Shown here in pieces: positions 1 to 8,463 of a DNA stretch of 64,000 nucleotides (its first letter is position 1; the number at the start of each line of letters is the position of its first letter). The notes under the pieces are model-generated. The model searched no databases, was not told where the DNA came from, and saw only the letters and a program-made list of their open reading frames with translations. Source of the DNA: Candidatus Elarobacter sp. (GTDB taxonomy: Bacteria > Vulcanimicrobiota > Vulcanimicrobiia > Vulcanimicrobiales > Vulcanimicrobiaceae). The stretch is from assembly GCA_036402975.1 (NCBI GenBank), contig DASWRW010000042.1, positions 125,735 through 189,734 on the forward strand, in the 5' to 3' direction. A program made the translations under genes and the position numbers.

Positions 1-117
1 ACGCACTTCGAGGATGCGCCGGCGCGCGGCGCTTGGTTCGACGCGCGCTACGACGACCTCGAGCGCGTGCTGTCGTTCACGGAGCTGAAGACGATCTGGC
101 ACCCGGCGCGCATCTGA
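1..117 (+). CDS. 3' end of a gene truncated by the window edge, possibly aldehyde dehydrogenase family
   Basis: Frame 1 is open to TGA at 115-117 and ends ...LSFTELKTIWHPARI*, resembling ALDH C-termini (E.KT.WHP). Confidence 0.45.
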   Translation, partial: THFEDAPARGAWFDARYDDLERVLSFTELKTIWHPARI

Positions 118-200
118 TCGGCGCCGCGTGGGAAGAAAGCACCGCGCCTCATCCCCGTTGTTGGGTAAGGGAGAGGTTCACTCGCGTTCAGGGGACCACC

Positions 201-1148
201 ATCAAACTCTCCGCACCCACCGCCCTTGCAGCCGCCGGGATCGGCGCGCTGTCGCTCACCGCGCTGGCGACCGCGCAATCCGCTCGCCGCACCGAGCGAA
301 AGCACCCGCCGGCCGGACGATTCCTCGACGCAGCCGGCGTTCGGATGCACTACACCGATGACGGCGCCGGCACGCCGATCGTGCTGTTGCACGGCAACGG
401 CGTCACGAACCTGGACTGGCGCACCAGCGGCGTCCTCGAGTTGCTCGCGCGCGAGCACCGGGTGCTCGCCTTCGACCGGCCCGGCTTCGGGTACAGCGAC
501 CGGCCGCGCGGAACGGTGTGGACGCCGGAGCAGCAAGCGATGCTCGTGCACGAGGCACTGCAGCAGCTCGACGCGCCGAACGCGATCGTGGTCGGGCACT
601 CGTGGGGAACGCTCGTGGCGCTCGCGCTCGCGCTGAACCACACCGCCGACGTGCGGCGTTTGGTTCTGCTGTCCGGATACTACTTCCCGACCGCGCGGTT
701 GGACGTGCCGATTTCCTCCGCGCCGGCCATCCCGGTGCTCGGCGACGTCCTGCGGTACACCGCGTCGCCGGTGTTGGGGCGGTTGACCGCACCGCTCCTG
801 GTCGCGCAACTGTTCGCGCCGCTGCCGGTGCCGGAACGCTTCGCGCGCTTTCCTCTCTCGATGGCGCTGCGTCCCTCGCAGCTCCGCGCGAACGCGGAGG
901 ACACCGCGCTCATGGTCCCATCCGCTCGCGGGCTGGCCGAGCGGTACACGGACCTCGCGGTCCCCGTCGCGATCGTGACGGGGGACGAAGACCAGATCGT
1001 CAGCCCGAGCGCCCAGTCGGAGCGCTTGGCGCAGACGGTTCCGGGCTCGACGCTCCGCTCGATCGCCGGGGCGGGGCACATGGTGCACTACGCGGCGCCG
1101 GAGCTCGTCGCGCAAACAATCACCCGCGACGGAATGCTGGTGGCCTGA
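201..1148 (+). CDS. Alpha/beta fold hydrolase with N-terminal membrane anchor
   Basis: LLHGNG, FDRPGFGYS, GHSWG nucleophile elbow and GAGHM His motif. Start uncertain: ATC at 201 follows AGGGGA; the ORF is open from 33 and the next ATG is at 345. Confidence 0.85.
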   Translation: MKLSAPTALAAAGIGALSLTALATAQSARRTERKHPPAGRFLDAAGVRMHYTDDGAGTPIVLLHGNGVTNLDWRTSGVLELLAREHRVLAFDRPGFGYSDRPRGTVWTPEQQAMLVHEALQQLDAPNAIVVGHSWGTLVALALALNHTADVRRLVLLSGYYFPTARLDVPISSAPAIPVLGDVLRYTASPVLGRLTAPLLVAQLFAPLPVPERFARFPLSMALRPSQLRANAEDTALMVPSARGLAERYTDLAVPVAIVTGDEDQIVSPSAQSERLAQTVPGSTLRSIAGAGHMVHYAAPELVAQTITRDGMLVA

Positions 1149-1322
1149 CGGCGCTCCGCGGCCGCTGCGAGGCGTTCGCGCGCCGCGCCGTGAGCCATCA
1201 GCCGGGAGCCCGCGCGGGGCAACAGGCGAGTAGACGCGATGAACCGCACCGGGACGAGGTTTCGGAACGTTCGAGTCCAAGAGTTACCGGCCGTCGGGGT
1301 AACTGAGGACTCGGGATCGCTT

Positions 1323-1409
1323 GGAGAGGTGGTCGAGCGGCTTATGGCACCGTCTTGGAAAGGCGGCGAACTCGCAAGGGTTCCGTGGGTTCAAATCCCA
1401 CCCTCTCCG
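1323..1409 (+). tRNA. tRNA-Ser (anticodon GGA)
   Basis: GGAGAGG/CCTCTCC acceptor stem, CCGTC-TTGGAAA-GGCGG anticodon arm, long variable arm, GTGGG-TTCAAAT-CCCAC T arm, discriminator G; CCA not encoded. Confidence 0.96.
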
Positions 1410-1437
1410 GTTCCGGCCCTGGAGCGTCCGCGCCGGC

Positions 1438-2568
1438 TCAGCGCTTCAGCAGCGACAGCACGCGGTCGCGCGGGAGCGCGAAGTACTTCACGCCGCCGCG
1501 GCCGCTCACGTCGTGTGCGCTGAAGAGCGCGTCGTCGATCGCGGACTCCGTCGCTTCGACGGTCGCGGCGAATAGCGCGTCGGCGCGGTCGTCGTCGCTC
1601 TCGAGCGGCGGGCCGCTGATGCCGCCGGCGCGCGGGTAGCGGTGCGTGGTCGAGAACGCGATGAAGAGATCGCCGCTCGAGACGTGCGAGGTCGCACCGG
1701 TGCGGGCGAGCCCCATTCCGGCGCGCTTCGCGACGTCGCGCAGGCGGGTGTGGTCGAGCGGCGCGTCGGTCGCCACGACGATGATGACGCTGCCATCGGC
1801 CGCGCGACCGTGCGCGGGCGGAACGTAGCTCGCCGAGCGCGGGTAGACGGGCAGCAGCTCGCGCACCAGCGCGCGGCCGACCGGAACGCCGTCGATGCGC
1901 AGCTCGTCGCGCGAGCCGGTGTTCGCGTTCACCAGCACGCCGACGGTGTAGCCGCCGAGCTCCTTCGGCAGCACGCGCGACGCCGAGCCGATCCCGGCCG
2001 CGAAGCCGAACGCGCGCATCCCCGTTCCGGCGCCGACGTTGCCGCGCGGGAAATCACCCGGCTTCGCAGCGTCCAACATCGCGACCACGTCGTCCGCGCT
2101 CACGTGGCGGCCCTGAATGTCGTTGATTCCTTGATCGTCGCACTCCGCGACCACCGGCAGCGGCACGTCCTCGCGCACGCCGATCCCCGGATGCTTGCGG
2201 ATCAGCCACGACACCACGCCGTCGTCGGCGCGCCCGACGTTGAGCGTGTTCGTCAGGACGATCGGAACTTCGAGAAAGCCCGATTGATCGACCCAGTGCG
2301 CGCCGGTCATCTCGCCGTTGCCGTTGAGGACGTACGTCGCGGCGGCGACGCGCTGGTTCCACACGTCATCGTTCGCCAGGATCCCGGTCGCGCCGGTGCG
2401 CACGCTGGTCCCTTCGACTTTGGTGACGTGCGCGACGCGCACGCCGGGGACGTCGGTGATGCCGTCGAGCGCGCCGCTCGGGTATTTCCCGATCGGCACC
2501 GGCGTGCGCGCGGCGGCCGGCACCGCGCAGCACGCGAGCGCGACGAACAGGACGAGCAAACGGCGCAT
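1438..2568 (-). CDS. P1/S58 family (DmpA-like) aminopeptidase, secreted
   Basis: ITDVPGVRVAH, NGNGEMTG, GNVGAGTGM, DGSVIIVVATDAPL and SSGDLFIAFST motifs; N-terminal signal peptide. Confidence 0.9.
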   Translation of the reverse strand: MRRLLVLFVALACCAVPAAARTPVPIGKYPSGALDGITDVPGVRVAHVTKVEGTSVRTGATGILANDDVWNQRVAAATYVLNGNGEMTGAHWVDQSGFLEVPIVLTNTLNVGRADDGVVSWLIRKHPGIGVREDVPLPVVAECDDQGINDIQGRHVSADDVVAMLDAAKPGDFPRGNVGAGTGMRAFGFAAGIGSASRVLPKELGGYTVGVLVNANTGSRDELRIDGVPVGRALVRELLPVYPRSASYVPPAHGRAADGSVIIVVATDAPLDHTRLRDVAKRAGMGLARTGATSHVSSGDLFIAFSTTHRYPRAGGISGPPLESDDDRADALFAATVEATESAIDDALFSAHDVSGRGGVKYFALPRDRVLSLLKR

Positions 2569-2608
2569 CGCCGACGGGTTGGCGAGCCGCATCACCGTTC
2601 CCGCCGCG

Positions 2609-3091
2609 TCACCGCACGCCGGTCGCCTGGGCCGTGAACGGCACGACGGTCGTCCCGCCGTCGGTGAGCGGAAACGGTGTCCCCGAACGCGACTGGACCG
2701 TCACGTCGTCGCCGCAATGCGCGCAGACGATCGTCGTCCGGGTCGGCTCGACGCTGACCGTGAACCGCGCGCCGTTCACTTTGACGCCCTCGATCCGCGC
2801 GCTCGGCGTGTAGATCGCCACGTGATCCTCGGCGCGGTAGATGCGCTGGGTGGACCGCCCGGCGATACCGAACGTCGCCGATCCCGAGTCCAGATAGACG
2901 TCGGTCATCAGCCAGCGGTACTGCGGGTACCGGTGATCGACGCGGAACTGCGTCCCGGTGCTGTACTCCATGGTCGAACCGCTGCCGATCGACTCGTACC
3001 GCACCCCGCGGACGCCGATCCAGCCGTTCTCCAGCGCGAATGCGAGCGAGAAGAACGCAAGCGCCGGAAGCACCGCGCGCAGAACCATCAT
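2609..3091 (-). CDS. Exported hypothetical protein, FecR-like beta domain
   Basis: Hydrophobic N-terminus; LDSGSATF and YTPSARIEG..GARFTVSV...TTIVC patterns resemble FecR domains. Confidence 0.5.
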   Translation of the reverse strand: MMVLRAVLPALAFFSLAFALENGWIGVRGVRYESIGSGSTMEYSTGTQFRVDHRYPQYRWLMTDVYLDSGSATFGIAGRSTQRIYRAEDHVAIYTPSARIEGVKVNGARFTVSVEPTRTTIVCAHCGDDVTVQSRSGTPFPLTDGGTTVVPFTAQATGVR

Positions 3092-3099
3092 CGCCGAGG

Positions 3100-4887
3100 C
3101 TAGCTCACCGGCACGCCGGCGCCCGCACCGGCGCGCAGTGATTCGTACGCCGTGCGCAACGCGCGCAACCGATCGGGCTCGACACGCCGGCCTGCGTTCG
3201 GGCCGTCCAGTATCGCGTCGGCGAACAGGCGATCGGGCAGCGTGTCGTCCTCGGGGATCCAGCCGAGCCGCGCGTTGATCGCGCGCTTGCGCTCCCACGT
3301 GCGCTGCGCCGCCGCGCGGAGGCCACCCGCGTCGAGCGGCAGTCCGCTCACGGCCCGCCACAGCGCGGCCGCTTCGGTGTCGAAGTCCTCGAAGCAGTCG
3401 CGCACGAACTTGCACAGCACGAGACTGTCCCACGCGACGGCGCGGTCCTCCGCGTCGATTGCGTCACGCGCGCGCGCCGCGTCGTCACGCTCGTCGGACG
3501 GATCGCGCAGATCGCGGTCGTACGTCGCGGCGCGGTTGTGGCATGCGCCCCGCGTGCACGTCGCGAGGCCCAGCGCGTACGTCGGGAGCGCGCGCGGCTC
3601 GTACCCCGGCAGCTCCAAGCCCTTGCAGTGCATCGCGAAGCGTTCCGCTTCGCCGCCGATCGCGCGTGCCGCGGCGCGCACGCCGCCGGCAAGCACGTCA
3701 CCGAGGCCGCGGCGCGCGGCGATCGCGTCGACCGCCGGCAAGAGCACCGCGCCGCTGCCGAAGCGCAGCTCCGGCCCGAACGCGTCGCGCGCGATCAGGC
3801 CGTGATCGGCGCACTCCATGGCGAAGGCGATCGCCGAGCCGGTCGAGATGGTGTCGAGGCCGTGCTCGTCGCAGCGGCCGATCGCGTCGAGCACCGCGTC
3901 GAGATCGTCGACGCCGCAGTTCGGGCCGAACGCCCACACCGACTCGTACTCGCTCGCCGACGCACTGCGCCGGTCGCGGTCCTTGCGCACGTACAGGTGC
4001 TCGCACTGCACGGGACAGCCCGCGCAGCCGGCGCGCAGCTCCAAATAGCTCTGCTTCGACTCCCGCGCGCGCTCGGGCGTGACGTTCTCCGCGCCCTCGA
4101 ACTGCGCGGCGGTGAAGTTGCGCGTCGGAAGCTGTCCCATGCGCTGCAGCACGCGGAGGTTGGCGCCGGTGCCGAGCACGCGGTACTTCGCGGTCTTCGG
4201 CCCCAGCGCGCGGGCGCGCAGCGTCGCCGCGATCGACGCCGTCTCGCCAGGATGCGCGATCGCGACGTCACCGCGTCCGCGCAGCGCCACCGCCTTGAGC
4301 CGTTTCGCCCCGAACACGGCGCCGGTTCCGCCGCGGCCCGCTTGGCGGCCGTCGTTCTCGACGGCGGCGAACCGCACGCCGCGCTCGCCCGCCGCGCCGA
4401 TCGCGCACACCCGCAGGGACCTGTCACCGTAGGCCTCGCGCAGCGCCTTCGTCACCTCGCGCGCCGAGAGCCCGCGCAACGCGGACGCATCCTCGAAGCG
4501 CACGGCGTCGCCGTCGAGCGCGAGGGTGACCCACTCCTCCGACGCTCCGGTGACGACGATCGCGGCCAGCCCGCAGCGCCGCAGCACGGCCGAGAAATGG
4601 CTCGACGAGAGACCTTCGTTCAGCAAGCCGGTGAGCGGCGAGATCGTCGCGAGCGCGTGCTTGTTCGCCGCCGGGACCGGCGTCGACGCGAACGGACCCG
4701 CCGCGAAGACGATCGGGTTCTCCGGACCGAGCGGATCGAGCGGACCGCGCACGCGCTCGTCGATGAGCCGCACCGCGAGCCCCAACCCGCCGAGCGCGTC
4801 GGCGAAGACCTCGTCGCCGAGCGCGGTGCGCCGCCACGTGCGCGTGCTAAGGTCGACTTCGAGCAGATCGCGCGGACCGGCGTACAT
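3100..4887 (-). CDS. aor: Aldehyde:ferredoxin oxidoreductase (tungsten AOR family)
   Basis: DPLGPENPIVF, SPLTG, IGAAGE, GRGGTGAVFGAKRLKA, CAGCPVQC Fe-S motif, EYE, GLDTIS, KGLELPGYEPR, RGACH, LCKF. Alternative TTG start at 4893 overlaps the moaD stop. Confidence 0.92.
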   Translation of the reverse strand: MYAGPRDLLEVDLSTRTWRRTALGDEVFADALGGLGLAVRLIDERVRGPLDPLGPENPIVFAAGPFASTPVPAANKHALATISPLTGLLNEGLSSSHFSAVLRRCGLAAIVVTGASEEWVTLALDGDAVRFEDASALRGLSAREVTKALREAYGDRSLRVCAIGAAGERGVRFAAVENDGRQAGRGGTGAVFGAKRLKAVALRGRGDVAIAHPGETASIAATLRARALGPKTAKYRVLGTGANLRVLQRMGQLPTRNFTAAQFEGAENVTPERARESKQSYLELRAGCAGCPVQCEHLYVRKDRDRRSASASEYESVWAFGPNCGVDDLDAVLDAIGRCDEHGLDTISTGSAIAFAMECADHGLIARDAFGPELRFGSGAVLLPAVDAIAARRGLGDVLAGGVRAAARAIGGEAERFAMHCKGLELPGYEPRALPTYALGLATCTRGACHNRAATYDRDLRDPSDERDDAARARDAIDAEDRAVAWDSLVLCKFVRDCFEDFDTEAAALWRAVSGLPLDAGGLRAAAQRTWERKRAINARLGWIPEDDTLPDRLFADAILDGPNAGRRVEPDRLRALRTAYESLRAGAGAGVPVS

Positions 4888-4889
4888 CG

Positions 4890-5159
4890 TCAACCGCCGC
4901 TCGCGAGGAACAGCACGCAGGGATTGTCGGCCGCGCGGATCGTCTCGCCGTCGCGCAGCGCGCGGCGGCCGTCGAGCAGCAGCAGATTCGGCTCGACCAG
5001 CGCGTCCAGCGACGGCGCGATCACCTCGGGGACGAGCGCCGGAGCCGCCTCGGCCAGCGAGCGCAGGAAATCGCGCAGCGCGACCGGCTCGTCGACGCCG
5101 AGCTCGACGTGGGCGACGCCGGCCAGCGCGCGCGCCATCCCGAACAGCTCGACCTTCAT
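4890..5159 (-). CDS. MoaD/ThiS family sulfur carrier protein
   Basis: 89 aa, starts MKVELFG and ends in Gly-Gly; lies between moeA and aor. Confidence 0.88.
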   Translation of the reverse strand: MKVELFGMARALAGVAHVELGVDEPVALRDFLRSLAEAAPALVPEVIAPSLDALVEPNLLLLDGRRALRDGETIRAADNPCVLFLASGG

Positions 5160-7147
5160 CGCGCCTCCGCGACGGCCGGCTCGACGATGCGCACGTCGCC
5201 GGCGTGCGCGCAATCGTAACCGCCCAGCGCCTCGACGTCCGCGCGCAGCGCCGCATCGCGCAACAGCTCGAGGAGCTTCGCAATGCGCGGCTCCGCGAGC
5301 GACGCGGCCGGCAAGGCGAGATCGTACGGCTCCCACGCGACCGCGACGAAGTCGAGGTCGAACGCGCGAGCGGCGGCGCGGATCGCCAGCCCCGTGTCGG
5401 CGCTGCCGTTCGCGACGAGCTGCGCGACCGCGAGGTGCGAGAACTCGATCCGCTCGTAGCCCGCGATCGTGTCCGGCGCGATGTCGTCGCGCGCGAGCAG
5501 CGCGTCGAGGAGCACGCGCGTCCCCGCGTCGGCCTGGCGGTTCACGTAGCGCGCACCTGCCCGCGCCACGTCCGCGAGCGACGTGATGCCGAGCGGGTTG
5601 CCGCGCGTGACCAGCAGTCCTTGCTCGCGCTCGGCCAGGCGTACGAGCGCGACCGGCTCGCTGGGGCCGTAGCGGCGAACCGCGGCGTCGTTGTACGTGC
5701 CGGTCCGCGGGTCGAGCACGTGGGTCCCCGCCAGGTGCGCCGAGCGCTCGCGCAGCGCGACCAGCCCGGCGATGCTGCCGACGTGCGCCGAGACCAGATC
5801 GACGTCGTCCGCGGCGAGCCGGCCGGCCAGAACGTCGAGCGCGACGTCGTGGCTGCCGACGGCGAGCAGCGTGCGCTCGATGCGCGCGAGCGGTCGCAGC
5901 GCGCGCGCGGTCACGCGGGCGCCGGCGCGCGCGCCTTCCGAGCGGCGCGGCATCGTCAGCAGCACGTTCGCCCGCGACAGCGAGGTGATCACGCCCGCGC
6001 CGCGCCGCAGCGGCGTCGCGACGAGCCGGCCGTCGACGCGCGCGGCGACGGCGCGCACGTACTCGTCCTCGCCGAGCGGCGAGAACAGCTTGCGCGTCAG
6101 CTCCACCTCGATCTCGCGCGGCTCCGCGGCATCACGGCGCCCGAGCCGTTCCAGCAGCGGCCGCAAGAAGAGATCCGCGCAGATCGCCGCGCTGACGGGA
6201 TAACCCGGGATCCCGAGCAGCGGCACCGCGCCACGCTGCCCGTTCGCCACCGCTAGCACGAGCGGATGTCCGGGGCGGATCGCCACGCCGTGCACGACCA
6301 CGTCGCCGAAACGCGCGAACACCCGCGCCGTGTAGTCGTCGCGTCCCGCCGACGAACCGGCGTTCACCACGATGACGTCGCTCGCGCGCAGCGCGTCGTT
6401 GACCGCGGCGGCGATCGAGTCCTCGTCGTCGCGAACGCGCACCGACGCGATCACGTCGCCGCCGTACGACCGCACGCACGCCCGCAGCAGCACCGCGTTC
6501 GAGTCGAGGATCGCGCCGGGCGGCGGCGTGCCGGTCGTCACGTCGACCAGCTCGTCGCCGGTGGTGATCACCGCGACGCGCGGCCGCCGCACCACTTCCA
6601 CTTGCGCGACGCCGGCCGCGGCGCACGCCGCGAGATCGGCCGCGCTCAGCTCGCGCAGCGCCGGCACGACGACCTCGCTCGCGACGATGTCCTCACCGAC
6701 CGCGCGGACGTGCTCGAACGGCGGGACCGAGGCACGGATCGCGACGCGCCCGCCGCCGCGCGGCTCCACCAGCTCGACCGGGATCACCGCGTCGAACCCG
6801 TCCGGCAACGGGTCGCCGGTGTCGACCACGACGGCTTCGTCCGCCGCGAGCTCGCGCGGCGCCGTCTCGCGCGCGCCCGCCGTGCGCGCCGCGACCACGG
6901 CGATCCCGTCCATCGCGCACGCGTCGTAATGCGGCGACGACAAGCGCGCGATCACCGGCGCGGCCGTCACCCGGCCGAGCGCGTCGTCCAGCGCGAGCGT
7001 CTCCGTGGAGATGACGCCGGGCGCGCCAGAGCCGGCGCTGGGCGCGCCTGAGCCGACGCCCGCGGCGCTCAGCGCGGCCTCGAACCGCGCGCGCGCCACA
7101 TCGAGCGGAACGTCGTGCAAGAACATCTCGCGCGGCGCGTCGTTCAC
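5156..7147 (-). CDS. moeA: Molybdopterin molybdo/tungstotransferase MoeA fused to a periplasmic-binding-protein-like (PBP) domain
   Basis: AMDGIAV, TGDEL, GSSAGRDD, IRPGHP and PGYPVSA in the MoeA part; C-terminal GSHD, GSIAGL, REQGL and NRQADAGTR. Confidence 0.92.
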   Translation of the reverse strand: MNDAPREMFLHDVPLDVARARFEAALSAAGVGSGAPSAGSGAPGVISTETLALDDALGRVTAAPVIARLSSPHYDACAMDGIAVVAARTAGARETAPRELAADEAVVVDTGDPLPDGFDAVIPVELVEPRGGGRVAIRASVPPFEHVRAVGEDIVASEVVVPALRELSAADLAACAAAGVAQVEVVRRPRVAVITTGDELVDVTTGTPPPGAILDSNAVLLRACVRSYGGDVIASVRVRDDEDSIAAAVNDALRASDVIVVNAGSSAGRDDYTARVFARFGDVVVHGVAIRPGHPLVLAVANGQRGAVPLLGIPGYPVSAAICADLFLRPLLERLGRRDAAEPREIEVELTRKLFSPLGEDEYVRAVAARVDGRLVATPLRRGAGVITSLSRANVLLTMPRRSEGARAGARVTARALRPLARIERTLLAVGSHDVALDVLAGRLAADDVDLVSAHVGSIAGLVALRERSAHLAGTHVLDPRTGTYNDAAVRRYGPSEPVALVRLAEREQGLLVTRGNPLGITSLADVARAGARYVNRQADAGTRVLLDALLARDDIAPDTIAGYERIEFSHLAVAQLVANGSADTGLAIRAAARAFDLDFVAVAWEPYDLALPAASLAEPRIAKLLELLRDAALRADVEALGGYDCAHAGDVRIVEPAVAEAR

Positions 7148-8394
7148 GGCACGATCACCCGCACGCGCTCGCCGGCGGCGAGGCCGCCGCGGTCGCCCGG
7201 CACGGCGATCAGCGCGTCGGCGCGCACGAGCGTGAAGATGAGATTCGACGCACCGAACACGGGCGTCGCGTGCAGCGCTCCGTCATCGGCGCGCGCGAGC
7301 GTGCACGGAACGAAGTCCTCGCGCCCGGGCCGCGACGGCACCGGCAGATCGAGCACCGCCTCGAGCTCGCGCTCGTCGCCGAGGCCGTCCTCGTCGACGC
7401 GCTCGCCGCCGAGCAGCCGCACCAGCGGCCGCACGATCCGCCACGCGACGACCAGCGCGCTGGCCGGATTCCCCGGCAGCCCCACGACCGGCGTTCCGTC
7501 GCACAGCGCGAGCACCGTCGGCTTCCCGGGCTTGATCGCGATCCCGTGCACGAGCACGCCCGGCGATCCGAGCCGCGCCACGACGTCCGCGGTGAGATCG
7601 CGCACCGACACCGACGATCCCGCCGACAGCACCACCACGTCCGCGTCGTCGAACGCCGCGCGCAGCGCGGTCTCCAGCGCCGCTGCGTCGTCCGGCGCGA
7701 TGCCGCACGGCACCGGAATGCCGCCGGCCTGCGTGACCACGGCGGCGACCGTGGTCGCGTTGACGTCGCGCACCTGCGCCGGTCCCGGGACGGCGTCCGC
7801 CGGAACGACCTCATCACCGGTCGACAGGATCGCGACGCGCGGCCGGGCGCGAACGCGCACGCGCGTCACGCCGAGCGCCGCCAGCCCGCCGAGATCCGCG
7901 GCGCGCAGCCGCCGCCCGGCCGGCACGGCGATCGCGCCCGCGAGGATGTCCTCGCCGACGGCGAGCACGTTGTCGCCCTCCGGCGCCGCGTCCAGCACTT
8001 CGACCTCCGCGCCGCCCGCGCGCAGGTTGGTGTCCTCGACCATCACGACGGCGTCCGCGCCGGGCGGCAGCATCGCGCCGGTGTGCGTCCGCACCGCCTC
8101 GCGCGCGCCGACCGCGCGCCCCGGGACGACCCCGGTCGGGACGTCGTCGACCACGCGCAGATAGGCCGGCGACTGCTCCGAGGCGCCGTGCGTGTCGGCC
8201 GACCGCACCGCGTAACCGTCCATCGTCGCGCGCGCGAACCCCGGCAGCGTCTCCGCGGCGCGCACGTCCTCGACCAGCACGCGCCCGAGGGCAGCGTCCA
8301 GGCCCACGGTTTCCGAGCGCTCGACGGGGGAACAAACGCGACCAAAGGCCGCGAACGCCTCGCCGGGTGACAGCACGGTGAAGAGCTCGCTCAT
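7144..8394 (-). CDS. moeA: Molybdopterin molybdotransferase MoeA (Glp)
   Basis: ATMDGYAV, TGAMLPPGADAVVMVE, STGDE, IKPGKP, LPGNPAS. Confidence 0.93.
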   Translation of the reverse strand: MSELFTVLSPGEAFAAFGRVCSPVERSETVGLDAALGRVLVEDVRAAETLPGFARATMDGYAVRSADTHGASEQSPAYLRVVDDVPTGVVPGRAVGAREAVRTHTGAMLPPGADAVVMVEDTNLRAGGAEVEVLDAAPEGDNVLAVGEDILAGAIAVPAGRRLRAADLGGLAALGVTRVRVRARPRVAILSTGDEVVPADAVPGPAQVRDVNATTVAAVVTQAGGIPVPCGIAPDDAAALETALRAAFDDADVVVLSAGSSVSVRDLTADVVARLGSPGVLVHGIAIKPGKPTVLALCDGTPVVGLPGNPASALVVAWRIVRPLVRLLGGERVDEDGLGDERELEAVLDLPVPSRPGREDFVPCTLARADDGALHATPVFGASNLIFTLVRADALIAVPGDRGGLAAGERVRVIVP

Positions 8395-8463
8395 ACGAGG
8401 CTCGCCCGGGTAACCGAGCGAAGTCCGATCCCTTTCCCCCGGCCGGTCCCGAGGAGCACGCCG

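Noticed and set aside
1323-1440. tRNA-Ser as an integration site for a prophage or ICE
   Set aside because: No integrase nearby, and I saw no duplicate of the tRNA 3' end elsewhere in the window.
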